The notes under the pieces are model-generated. The model saw only the letters and a list, made by a program, of their open reading frames with translations, did not search any database and was not told the origin of the DNA. DNA of 64,000 nt, from positions 310,001-374,000 of the forward strand of contig JAYWIR010000014.1 in NCBI GenBank assembly GCA_036172245.1. The letters run 5' to 3'. Shown in pieces: positions 51,642-64,000 of the stretch; within the stretch, counting starts at the first letter, position 1; each line of letters opens with the position of its first letter. A program made the position numbers and the translations under genes. Origin of the DNA: Raillietiella orientalis (lineage: Eukaryota).

Positions 51642-53599
51642 TGTCAGTCAATCGAAGAAACCATATCAGCTTTTTGAACAATAAAGCAGATTTAAGCGTC
51701 TGCCTAAACTTTTCTCCAATCACTTAAAGCACCTGACATTCTATTCTGATTCATTTGCATTCTGCTTACACTCGAACATGTCATCTCAGTCCATGTTCAT
51801 GAGTGGATGATGTATTCGTGGCTCACATCTATACAAATGTCCTTCCGCAGTCTTCTATTTTCTTCTATTTTCTCACGAGTCTAATGTAAAAACTACCAAG
51901 GAGATCACATGTCGTTAAAAAAAAAAAAAGGATATCAGAAAGAAAAGCTATGAAAGTTGAGAAGCATAGGAAGGACACATACGTAACTTATCATCCAACG
52001 TGGAATCCTGTGATCAAGATGCCCAGATAAGGAGGACAGACTTAAAAGAGTATTATCCTACTTTTTATGTAACTCGGACCTGACGATGCTGGGGAACATT
52101 TAATAAAAGCACATAGCAAGCATTCAAACGTGTTGTCTTCCTTATAAGAAGTCATTTTCGAATCCAAACCAATTCAGTTTCAATCTAAGTGGGGATCTGG
52201 AATTTGATGCAAGATTCATAGGTGATCATGCCGCATTCCGGGTAGTTGGCAGCCACGAAGCTCTTCTGGAAACGGAAAATCAGTTTTTTCCCTCAAAAGC
52301 GATAACGTGGATTCCGATGTATGTGAAGAAGCGGCAGGGACAAAAATACTCTCTGGGTGGTCCAGGTGACTAGGGAAGAATCTGAGTACCGCCTTGTAAA
52401 CCCTCTGCATGCCTGGAATGCAGAGCTAGGAAGAACTCAGAATGCTCAGAAGAATCCAAATCAGCTGCATGGGAAAGTAAGGCTTGAGCAGCAAGCAAGA
52501 GCACTGAAGTACATGTATACGTGGAAAGAAAGCTTCTTTGGGCGTGAATTCTGCACCTGTGCACTCGTGACGTTCTATGAGTGAATGCCCAAAAGCAATA
52601 TTTGCAATTGTGACTTGCTTCTGATAGCTCGAGCGCTAGGGAAAACCTCTTTTCGACCAACTACGCGTTCGTGATTGCATCGACCAGAAGCTGACGCTGG
52701 TACAGTGAAATAAATGACTGCATGGTACCAGAAAAGAAACGTGAGAATGGATTGGTTTGGTGGTGAAGAGGCTGTCGTGACTTCTGTGAAACTCCATGTC
52801 TACATATTACTGTGCACATCAGTCTCTGGAGCCATTTGATCTCTCCATTCTCTGTTCTGACTCCCAGTTTCAAGCCCAGCTTTATTTGTGCCTCGGTGTT
52901 TCAGACGAAGGCCTTCCCGTTCGTGTGCATCCAAACTGCAGATTCCAGACTGAACCCGTTTGCATTTAGCTTCCTGATGTTATTCGTCGCAAAACGACTG
53001 AATTCCACGAAAACGGAGTGCCAGAGAGAATTATCAGAAACGTGCAAGTAAACTGTAGGGTTGGTAACTGCCTAAGACTATCCAAAAGAGTGAGTAAATT
53101 CCCAGGAAAAAATTCGGACCCATTTAATGAAAGTCTCGAATTGGTCGCTTTTCAAAAAAAAAAACGGTGCAGACTCAGATTTTAGTTTTAACCCCGCTCA
53201 AGAGAGCCGCCATGAAGTATCGAGAGTTGATGGCCTCCGATCACCCAATCAGAGGAATGGACTCTAAGATAAATTCAGAGCTGATGCACTAAGGCAAAGA
53301 GAACGTAACCACACTAGGTGTTGATTTTTCAGCAACAACACTACGAAAGCTAAGTTGAAAGAGTGCGAGCAACTATCAAGCACTCTCACTGCACTTTGCT
53401 TCTAGAGAAGTGCCTGCAACCTAAAAATGTTCGTCGTAGGTTCCTTGGAACCCGAAGAATGACGAATTAATAAGAGAACAGGGTCTTTCGGAAAGATGGG
53501 AGGAGCACCCATCGAAAAGGGAATTCCTTGCTCGAGCATCCGGTATTCCTGGGATTTACATTGGAAACATGAAGTCGGCTGCTAACCCACACTGAAAGA

Positions 53600-54190
53600 A
53601 CCTTAAAGAATCTCATTTCCACCGCTAGAACGAATTGGACGAAAAAGGACGGGATCTAAATACCACGAAAGTTTATCGTCTGCATTCGTTCAACCCTCCC
53701 TCTCACGCATCAAGCCAGGAAAATCAACGTGAATGTGCACAACAAAATATGAAGAAGAATGAAGTACTAAATGCAGGATGTAATCTCGGAACAAACTGAT
53801 TGCTGCGTCATTCAAGATTCATAACATTATCTTTCCTTGGGTTGCAAACTTTCCTATCTGCTTGCTCTCCGTGAGAATGATGAATCCCTGAATGCATAAA
53901 GTGGGGTCACAAAGAACCAGATGAACCAGGATATCTCTTTGTGGAGATCGCCCAGAGAGGCTGAAAGATGCGGAAGAAAAAAGGTGAAATAAGGGAAGAA
54001 GAGGAGGAAAAACATACCTGTGATCCACATCAGGAATCACATTCCCAACGTCACGACGAATTGAAGGGAGCAGAGCGGAATGTGAAGATCAGGGAAGTTT
54101 CTCGCCTGTTTCCATTGAACTCTCCCACTCCCACCTCTCACCAGGAATTTCAAGGTGATTGTGCACAGCAAAATATGAAGAATAAAGAAA
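53600..54190 (+). repeat. Diverged direct duplication with 426-bp period and coding-like divergence
   Basis: Gap-free alignment ESHFHR*NELDEKGRDLNTTKVYRLHSFNPPSHASSQENQRECAQQNMKK vs ESHSQRHDELKGAERNVKIREVSRLFPLNSPTPTSHQEFQGDCAQQNMKN, with several synonymous third-position changes. Confidence 0.75.
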
Positions 54191-54449
54191 ACACTTCTGT
54201 GATCCACTGAAGTGTTTGCCGCCTCCTCTTCCCCCATTGCCGTTATCGTCTAGAGATCAGACCGACCGGTGAACGCCATTTGATATCTCGAGCGCCAGGG
54301 AAAACCAAAATGGTAGAGGAACTGCTGCTTCGGTATTGCTTTAGTAGCTAATTAGTAGGTTAGTGACACCATCCTGCATCCTCAGCTCCTATTCAACATC
54401 CGTTCCGCCGGTAGTTTCCTCTGCGAGACAGCAGATCCGAGTGTCGAAT

Positions 54450-57400
54450 GAGCAGGAAAACAGCGAAACAGGAATATAGGATGGCTCATTGGGTAATTTT
54501 AAAGGAGCTGTACTATTTTCTTCCTTTCTCTTTCGACTTTCCCTCAAGCTGTCTTCCGATCAGTGGGAATGTGGAGCCGTTTTTCTGCTGCTTCATTATG
54601 CCGCAAATCTGTGGACGTGAAGCACATAGGTCAAAAATGCTGAAGCAATTTTTTCGAGACATGAGAAGGAAGCAGCCTGTAGTCACCTGTTCGACAGGGA
54701 AAACGAAGAAGGGAGATGAAGCCAATTGTAAAAAAGGATTTCAATTCATAGCTCTTTTTCTAATGGCTTGGATCCCCCTGCATCTTTTAACAAACGGTGA
54801 GTTTTCGAGATCGTGGTCTGATGAGAAGCTCGGCGAACAAAATGGAAAAAATTGCTGGACATCTCCAGATCTAGAAAGACTACTTGGCAAGAATAAAGGC
54901 AGGAAGAACGATACAGCAATCGCGAAGGATCTGCACAAAGCGCTTGTTCTCTTCCTTCCGGATGCCAAGGGGTCCTCAGCATTGATGATAGTAGACTGAC
55001 AGTAGGCGTGCTCTAGAAGCTCTTCCTCCTCTCTGCCCACATAGATTCCAGCTAAGTATGAAGTTGAGTGCTCATTGTCAACTCCGGTCTCATAGGAGTT
55101 GGCGGGAAGAGCTCGACGACTCCGAGGCGTGGGTGTGCCAAGTCCCCCCATCCGAGGCTTGTTCGTCATTTGAAGTGTTTGCTATTCACTCCGAAGGGAC
55201 TTTTCTGGGAGTGCAGGCTGATGAGGGCCATTCCTCAAGTGCAGGTGGACTCATTAAGAGCGGTTGCCATGGCGAAGACAGTAGTGACTGCTTCTTTGAT
55301 CATAATGAGCATCCACGAATAGAAAAAACATGTTGACAGCTGACTAGGGATTGGACCACATCACTTTTTCTCTTTGTCCCGTGTGCCTGCTGCACTTTGC
55401 CATTAAAGCTGGATTTGGCGCCTCCAATATATCACTTGCTTGAAAAGTTCCTGAAAGTCGGAGGGTGCTGAAGAAGACCTCCGTGCACCGATCGTCTCTC
55501 GATGTCGCGATGATCAGTTGGTCATCCAGATGTGAGAAGCGTGGAATCACATTTCGAACCTTTAGGGCAAGTATGCATCCAGAGCGGTTCTCGAGATACC
55601 GAGATCAGCAAACGTCACGAAGCATGGAGAGACCTGAAGGATGTGCGCGCTCCCTTCCGATCGCCAGCCTTGAGGATGCATGCAGAATGAGCCACATGTA
55701 GGTCGAAGCTCGGGAGAGAGAGCTTTTAGAGCCTTAACATCGGTGTCTGCACCCGTAGCTCCGAGAGCGTAATCTAGCGTCACCTGTTTTCACGCTCCAG
55801 ATTGCAGAACGACCGAACCTGTGGCTTGCGCCCGGGCTTGAGATCTGGGAATCCAGGCACCAGATACCACACCCAAGGAAGAAATCGTCTTCCCATGGGC
55901 TCGGTTTGGAGGTGAAACGTGCCCCTCGAGTGGTTTGCGCGCCAGAGTCTCCAAAGTGCTTGTTTCGGCGTGCCGCGGCGGAGCCGGTATCGAAGCAAAG
56001 AAGGGTTTTTTTGCCCATCGTTTTCTAATCGGCCGACCGGCAAGAAAACAGGGACAATGGAAGAAGGTGCGCAGCTCGCAATGTCACTCCCTCTTCGGGA
56101 GGAAAGATCGAGGCCATCGAGATGTTTCCCATGGACGCTTTGCGGGAATTTTCTTTAGAAGGGATTCTTTAAACCGCTGCCTCCGATGGAAGAAAAGGGG
56201 AAGGAGGAGAAGGGAGAGGGGGAAAGGACCGCCTGTGCCGTAGAATATTGTCAGCTGGGGAAAGTAGGAGGAGGAATTTTCTCGTTTCCAAGCCGACGTC
56301 TCTGCTGATTGAGAGGGATGCTTGACAGCAGTGAACCGTGCTGACGAACGAACAAGTAACGAGAGAGAAACGAGAAGGGAAGACTATGAGGAGGGAGAGG
56401 GAGGGAGAAGAAGCTTTTTCTCGAGGGAAGAAAGGAAGAACGAGGCCCTGAAGACGCTCCTGAAAAATAAATGGTCCCCGATCGCCAGTTGCTTCGGATG
56501 GGAGGCGAGCAACCCTTCTCGACATCAAAGTAGAGCAGCTTCCTCTTCCCTGGAGCGGCGGTCGCAGCCGCTGCGGTTGGCCGGCAGCCACGGGATTATT
56601 GATTTCCTTCCCGTGGGCAGAAGGAAGCGAGTAGATTCCCCCACCACCACACCTAAGCATCCCGTAGAGCTCGTCAGGGAGGCCCTGCAGGTTTGCTGCT
56701 TTGCATTTCCGCTCTCGAGAGAACGGGACTCGCTCCCTTTAACACGACACGAGAACAGCAGAGCACAGATCCGTGATGGACACACATCCTAGATGACCTC
56801 CTAAGGCCAGGTGAGCCAGGAGGTCACGCATGGCTGCAACAGAGCAACGATCACTCTGCCTACTGGTAGCCTTCCTTCAGTGGGCGTGTCCATAGGATCC
56901 CTCCTTGCGATCCGATCTCCCCTCTTTCTTTTGAGGAGCGACGCCTGTTCTCAGCTTCTCTCCTGGACTCCACGTGGGAAAAGGACGATCGGAAGAGAAA
57001 AGACGGATGATATTGGCTTCAGGAGGAGGCAGGTGGACTGGCGATGAAAACGAGAGGCACGTGGCCACTTGTCTCTGGAATTCATGACTTCATCGCAGGC
57101 GAGCAAACGGGTGGTTGCGATGGTTTACAATTAGCGATGCAAACATCTTCCCTTCCTAGAAGGAGAAAAGGGAATGGTGGATTCAGTGTTGAGGAAGGGT
57201 GCTCTCCATCCACACGTGGGGGCCTTGGAAGAGCACGACTGCTGTTCTTCGGCTCCATGAAGCCCTCCTCCCGAAATGATTCACTCTCCTTCGGACTCTC
57301 GGTGCTCCTGGATGTCATCGAGGAATCCGTTGTTCCTTCTGAATGCCTCCACAGGCTCTGTTCTTGCGTACGCATGCACACAAGGAATTCACCTAATGAA

Positions 57401-58300
57401 CTGAACCGCACCGCAATCTGTTGGGCAGAGACCCCTGATGACAATCCGCGAGCTAGAGATCTTCAGCAGGATCTACTCACACGGGTTTCTCCGTTCCCGG
57501 AGCAACCGGTGGAGTCGGAGCAGCAGGTTTTGGAAGGTGATGCTTTGGGTGCTCACGCACTTGTCATCAATTGCGCAAGGGCTGAACTGCGCTCACAGGC
57601 AGGTGCGCTTCGTTGCGGATGCTCATGCGAAAGCGAGGCTGGGAAGATGCTTTGTTCGAGGACACGCCCCCATCACTGCGTTCCAGAGATCATGCGGTCA
57701 AAAAATTCTCTGAGGGCTGAGGGTCAGGGAATCCCGGCTCAGGGGACCCTCCTGAAGCGTTCCCTGAACGCTGTGGCAATCCCACAGGCGTGGAGTCTGG
57801 AAAGTCGTCCCGCTCGCCTCACGGAGAGGAGGGCGTTGCATCTTCCAGGAAGCGGGACTGTGAGCACAAGTGCCTGCTCAAGGGTGGGGTCGCGAGACTG
57901 ACTGAACGGGTAGATACACCCCGAGAGGGAGGGAAAGGGAAAAGAGCTCATTCTTTTCTGTGGTGCAAGGCCACGTGACCTCAGCTGGAGCCTTTCAGAA
58001 AAGCGGCCTCTTGGGAAAAAAAGCTGCTTGACCCTGCTGCATCGCATCCTTAGTCAAGGCTGCCGTGGTTGGAAAGCGCCTCCAGGCTATTGTCTTATTC
58101 GTCCCGGGTGATTCTACGCCTCTTCCTCTCCTTTCGTGTGATTCCATCAAAGGCGCCGCGATACGCCTCTTTTGGCTCCTTTTTCCCAAGCCAGAAACGA
58201 AGACCAGCAGCATCCGAATTTTCACTTCGACAGTATTTGCTTCTTCTCTCATGCTCTGGGTGAAACTGGGTTCTTGGGGTTCACGAAAATCTGATCGAGG
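54450..58300 (-). mobile_element. Decayed YR retroelement, copy 2 (ORF1-like, YR, RT, RNase H, DLxAS motif)
   Basis: Minus strand order: PHSL (56391-56380; cf. HSxR), SIPL, AWKRENSSSY (56293-56264); RT PQGW (~55675-55664) and HLDDQLII (HLDD 55533-55522); RNase H-like D..STS..AG / STIINAE..A (~55085-54960); LLMSR then IFDLCASR (~54640-54615). Confidence 0.6.
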
Positions 58301-58449
58301 CAGGTCGGGTTCTTTCGCATCACCGATTCCTTCTTTCAGCTAAGAGAAGGTCCAGAAGACACCTCCTGCTCCTCATATGCAATCTCTGCCGGTCCTCAAG
58401 AGCACGCACGTACCAGCCGGACAGAATACTTATTGAGACGCCATCTGTG

Positions 58450-58590
58450 CGTGCTCCTACCTGTTGCTCTTTCTCTGACCTCACATCCCGAATTCCCTCC
58501 AGAAAATCCTTTTATTCAATTCCCACCCTTCCTCCATTCCACCCCCTTTTCTCTTAATTTATAACCATTGCGCCTGCTGTAGTCTTGTTT
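58450..58590. repeat. Interspersed repeat, copy a
   Basis: tgacctcacatcccgaattccctccagaaaatcc...ttctcttaatttata...gcctgctgtagtctt aligns with 61860-62000. Confidence 0.8.
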
Positions 58591-61500
58591 TCGGATGAGT
58601 ATCAGCAACGAAGAGCACCACCAGTCATCTCCAAGATCCAACAACGGAGCAGCTTCCATCTTCGAAAAGCAAGCATCGAAGATTGATCTGTGAGGAAGAG
58701 AGACATGAAAATAGGAAGAGCACGAGAGACATTTCCCGGCACTTGTCTGCTTTCCCTTTAGATCACTAAGGGAAGCAAGGACCACCGATGCAGATGAGTT
58801 GAACGCGTTTTCGGTCTCTTTCAAAAAGGAATTTCTAAGAAGGGTTCCGGACAGCTTCTGTCTTTCGACGACGCTCCGAGTGGAAGGAGTTAAAGGCATC
58901 ACAGAAGACCAAACAAAAGACTTGGTGTGACGATAGGAGGAGCATAAGAGTATGCCAAAGTCCATGGGAGCTCTTGAAAGCTCATCTAATTGGCAGGTGC
59001 CAGTAAAATAACGGCGTGCTGCAGTTGAGTCTGGATTCGAATCCCTCCGGCTGTAACGGACATTTTGAAAGTAGAATACCTAAATCCAGGAGCAAGCGAT
59101 GCCTTCAGGGCTCCGAAGAGATGAGTATCTCTTGCGGAACAGGAACTCTAATCCTGAATACAAAAGAAGAGCGAGTGGAAATTGCCTCAAGGAGGGTGCA
59201 TCTTATGTGGAGGCGTGTACGAGGTGGGAATTCTGCTCGTTGCACGCTCAAGCTTCCCATCCTTCTTTCAGGTTTCCCTATTCAAATATCATTACCTTCA
59301 GACAGTGATATTTTATGCCCAATATTCTCTTCAGAGAATGTTCGATATTTGATACACTAATCTATGTCTTGAATGCACGAGCATAACTGATGGTACGCAC
59401 ACAATATAGAGGCACTCAGACCTTAAGAGCACATGCACATTCTCTGGAAATGCTAACGACAAATCAGTGCCATACCGAAAGACCACATGAAAAAGGCATG
59501 TGAGCTGGTTATGTGTGCCAGATGCTGCGCTCGTCGCAATACCGAGGCAAACCAATCGGGCATCGTGGTGCACGAAAAATAGGGAAAGACACACAAGTGA
59601 GAACAGGCTAACGAGAAACCTCAAGATGAATCTTTTACTCGTAAATGCCTTGCGTTTTCTTTCCTTCTGCTATGTGTGTTTCTTTTTATTTTTCCTCTTT
59701 CCTTATGAAGCAGTCGAACTGTGACCACTCTGTTGAGTAGCAAAAGACTAAGGCAGGAATTCTCTTTGAGTCTTCTTGGTCCCCGGTAGATGCCCGACGA
59801 CTTCGTTTTCGACACCGAATAGACAGAAGCGGACTCTTCCTTCATGCTCCATTAAGCCTTCCTGAGTCAAAAGACACCAAGATCTGTCTAGATCTAGAAG
59901 GCCGGTAGTATCAGAAGTATCACGGAACAGGATTCCGATGCCCTTCGAATGGAGGATCGGATTCCGTTTCTTCTGCTCAAAAGGCAATTCTTGTTCCATC
60001 TTGAGCCCCGACTAACCAGCGGGACCAGTGACTTGAGGACATTGGGTCTGCTCCACATTGGTGAGACCGATGTGTTTTGCACCATCTGAGGTTTCAGTTT
60101 TCCCGCTTCTCGCTGTCGTTAGTTTGCCTGTAGAGTAGGCTTTAACACTCATAGAGTCGCAGAGTCTAGTGAGCTAATATGGAAGTGGAAGGAGCACTTG
60201 CCGTTAAATAGCGTTCCCAACTAGCTACCGGGATAAGCTGCGAATTGGGATCACTCGAAGTTCTCATAGTGATGACGCGACGGAGTTCACACAGCTTTGT
60301 GTTTTCCGAACTGCTCAAAGAAAGAAAATAAAACAAAAGCCGCAACTTTGGTATGCTTGCTTGCTTGCTTTCCAAATCTTTAGCGCATTCATGTAGTCCA
60401 TTTCCCTGGAAGCAAATTCTTTACACTGAAAAGGTTATTTTTCTAGAGATGATTCACCAATATATTGCAGCCTTCTTCAGATAGGTTCCCCCCTACATCA
60501 TTGAACTCGCTCGCTGTCTTCTGAAGTTCTATTCAAGTCTTCACTTTCATCTAGTTTTGTATGACTTCAAAAAGCTTTCCCTTTTCCATTGCTCATCTTC
60601 CCGTATCACCGAAAACTGCCATTTCTATTGAACGTTCCTGACATTTCCAAAAATCAATTGTTATGCGCATACAGCATAGTCTGGTGAGGAGATCCACCTA
60701 TTTCCTATATTTTTCACTTTCTCATACAACCTAACCTAGTTTGTTTGAACTTGTTTGCTTAAAACAACGTGTTGTGAACAAGTTATGCAAGTTATGCATG
60801 AACAAGCCATACGAATCCTCAACCTCTTCCTTTTCCAAAATTTTCTGACTAAATTTATGCATTTTGAATAAATTCACAGGATTTTCAGAAAGAGGAAAGG
60901 ACACGAGGCAGACAAGTAATTACAATTGATCCAACATCAATAAACTCTGCTGTGGTGACCTTGCCCTCTTCAACTAAAAGCGTTTCAGCATATGTTTTTG
61001 CTGCAAAGAGAGCTCGTGAGTAGCAAATGCTCCCTGACAATGCTTACGACGATTTGAAGAGAACAATACCTAGTTTCTATGGAGAGTTCAGTTCTTATCG
61101 AGCTTGGGGGTCACTGGCAACAATGCAAAATCCCCTGTTTAGTAATCTTCTGCTTCCATATGAGCTGCAATGAGCCTTCTAAAAAAGGAGCCCAGCGTCC
61201 AACCATGTAAAGAAAGAAAAGGTTTCGCATTTATTCGGACGGTTTGGAAGAGATCGCTCAAATACCTTTACACAGGCACCTACTCCAAGTACTATCCTCA
61301 GGAAGGGAGTCAAAGGAGGCGATTCCTGTTTTCAGGAAGGATTTTCACAAATTCTGACAGCATCAGCGAGAATCCTTCCTTCTTTTCCAGTCTTGTTGTG
61401 AGAATTCCTCAAGCCTGCGACTTGAATAAAGGCTCTTCAAGTGATGTGGTCCTCTTTACTAATACCCTAGCGGAGCAATCAAAGGCGACCCAATGTGCTT

Positions 61501-61859
61501 ATTTCTAAAGGGTCTTCTAAGGGGAGCCGTCAAAGAAGTGCAAAAACCGATGGAACCAACCTGCAGAAAGAGCATGCAGAACGATTCTACACTTTGCCAT
61601 CTCTGCTGCGTAAACAATCTATCTTCTTTTGTCTTTGTCTGTATGAAAGAAGGATACAAAACATTATGAAGAGGCAGCATCTGGTACTTTGTATTTGCTG
61701 TCTTCGATCAATCTACAGTCACCAGGGTTGCTTTTGCTGGCTTGTCTCCATTGGTGCATTCAATGTTTCATAGAAAATCGGAAAGCTGGGTGCAAAGAGT
61801 TGTTTCTTAAAAGAGTTTCGAATTATCTGGGTCTAGAGAAGGTAAAAAGAAACTTCATT

Positions 61860-62000
61860 TGTGCACCCACTTGTTTCTCTTTCATTGACCTCACATTCCG
61901 ACTTCCCTCCGGGAAATCCTTCTATTCGATCTCCATCATTTCCTCCGTTTCACCTCCGTTTCTCTTAATTTATGGTCATCATGCCTGCTGGAGTCTTCCT
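61860..62000. repeat. Interspersed repeat, copy b
   Basis: tgacctcacattccgacttccctccgggaaatcc...ttctcttaatttatg...gcctgctggagtctt aligns with 58450-58590. Confidence 0.8.
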
Positions 62001-64000
62001 TGAGGTACCCATTTTCTTTGTTCGAAGAGCTGACTTCCACGCTAACAACAGTGAGCAACAATAAGAAACTTTCTGCAAATTGAGCGAAAAGCATGAAACA
62101 AAGACGGGTTCCTCTTCCACTAGAGAGCCGTCGAAGATCAAAGCGAGGAGGGTTGCGATGAAAAACCACGTCATTTGAAAACGGGAGAAAATCAACTTGC
62201 AGTCCTAACGAACCACGTTTGCAAGCTAAAAGATCACTATATGTCTTTCTCTTCCTTCTGTTTCAGCTTTTTCCTTTTTCACCTCACGGTTCCAACGCAC
62301 ACCTTTTCTAGGGAGTCTCCTTCGATGCTCAGCCCCAACATTTTTCATAGAAATCGGCTCGCACACCTTCCTTCCACATCCTCCAAAACAGTTTTCTATC
62401 ACCTGCAAAATCTGGGGAGCTGGAATTCTCGAGACTTCTCCTGGATTTTCCTTCTCGCTTCCACGTAAACTTAAGTGCACCTCGGAAATGGAATGCTGCA
62501 GTCCGTTCCTGGAAAATTCATGTATTTTTCTGGTGTTTCATTCTTGACACGATAATAAATAAAAGCGAGTGAAGGGAAAAAGAGATTATTAGTTCTGTTG
62601 TTTCCAGGATGGAATCCCGCGTTCCGTCGTGATTACATTTTACAAGTCTCCGAGCGAGTAGAAATGATGGAAAAATCCGCCTCTCGGAATCTGCATGCGA
62701 TAACCAAAATTTTCAGGGACGGAACGTCGTCAAGCCGCTCTTACTCTCTTTGCCTGCCATCTCTACGGATCGATATCAGTTGTAGCTGGAACGGCTGAAC
62801 AAGAGGTTCGTCCTGTCCCATTCAACATGGGGCTCAGCTCATCAGAAGAAAGGATCTACGAGCAGAACTCTATCAGGAAATGCCGCCACTGTTTTCCTTG
62901 GGCGGAATCGGCGCTGATGAGCAGAATGTGGGCCGTCGAATGACTTTTTGAGAGGACGCTAAGAAAAATAGCTACTCTACAATTTGTTCGGGATGCAGAA
63001 TCCTTCCAGCACCTTGAAGGAGAAGGAGGGTGTTGATCCTTTTCCAAAGATGATTTTCATTGCTTGTAAGAATTTTCGAAGTGTCTAGAAGGTTCTGTCG
63101 ATGACTTTGATCGAGGCTGCTTTGCGATGTTACCTCGTGAAGAGGAGCTTGCCTTGAATTCATCTTAGATGTGCTGTCGGAAAGCACCTTTCCAGTTAAC
63201 GAAATGGAAACATCGTTCGCCATGACTCCCCTTCCAAACTAAGAACCGCTTTCTTCACTTTTATGTCTTCGTGGAGCTCTTCAGGTTTCTCCGGATTCCA
63301 GCTTCCCAGATTTGCTTGAAAAAACTTCTCTACATCAGCCATTACAAAGCAGAACTGGAAATTGGGGAAGAGAATAAAAAATCAACCTTTTGGGGAATCC
63401 TTTGTTTTCAGGTGTCATTTGCTGCAAAGAATCAGACTGGTATCATGGAGTTCGACATGCAGACACGAGCAAACGGCTAGCTCGTGCTATTTTGGGAAGA
63501 AAGGGAAGGTGGTGACTGACTAACAACGCTTCGGGCTATCTGTTTGCAAGACTGCTTGCCTGCAACGATACGCTCTCGGAGGCATTTCGTTGTCATTGGA
63601 ATCTTCTGACCGGTGGTATAGTGCGTGTGAGCTCAGCAAGTGAGCAGTTGACACCCACATAGTGTCACTGATATGCAGCCTTCTCCTGCTCGTTTCCCAG
63701 CTTCCCTGAAACATGGAGCATGGTCAGCTGGAAATCCCCTAATGCTCTAAGGGATAGTTCTGTAACACAAGAAAATTTTGCTATTTGTATTTAAAGATAC
63801 AGAAAAAAAAGGTCTAGAAACGCGCGAAAATCGAGCCGTAGATGATTATAAGCTGTTTCTCCTTGCATTCTAGTTCCATCAGCTCTTTCTCTGGATCGTC
63901 TTACTTTCACCATTTGGTCATCCAGGTCTAGGAAACAAACGAGAAAAACAGAAAACAGATCTACTGAAGGGAATGGAAGAAATTCTCGATAATGTCAAAC

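Noticed and set aside
51570..54326. 22-bp match ccaaaatggtagaggaa(a/c)tgct at 51570 and 54305
   Set aside because: I could not extend the similarity into the flanks, so it does not define an element.
57044..57901. 285-aa plus-strand ORF as a host gene
   Set aside because: It lies antisense within the GC-rich decayed YR element and has no recognisable motif; likely a shadow ORF.

Overview
Eukaryotic, repeat-rich window. I could not identify any host gene by homology from the sequence alone. Supported content: (1) two 5'-truncated copies of a GC-rich L1/Tx1-like non-LTR retrotransposon. One is young with an open RT + CCHC frame and an 11-bp TSD (13853-16029); the other is decayed and nested in another repeat (30322-32186). 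They share a structured, poly(A)-less 3' end with a covarying hairpin. (2) A decayed second non-LTR element, possibly RLE-type (~21800-24600). (3) Three heavily decayed minus-strand tyrosine-recombinase (YR) retroelements; in the two that retain RT motifs, the YR motifs lie upstream of RT/RNase H (VIPER/TATE-like order), and one also has a DIRS-type 'DLxAS' motif. (4) A ~770-bp repeat with a tRNA-derived Pol III head, present four times, abutting or near two of the YR elements. (5) Several perfect fold-back duplications. (6) A plus-strand region dense in short GT-AG intron-like segments (~33.6-36.1 kb). Some coding-like frames contain in-frame TAA/TAG, so a non-standard nuclear code (TAR=Gln) is possible, but pseudogene decay, alternative splicing or chance are not excluded. 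Boundaries of decayed elements are approximate and motif calls were made by eye.
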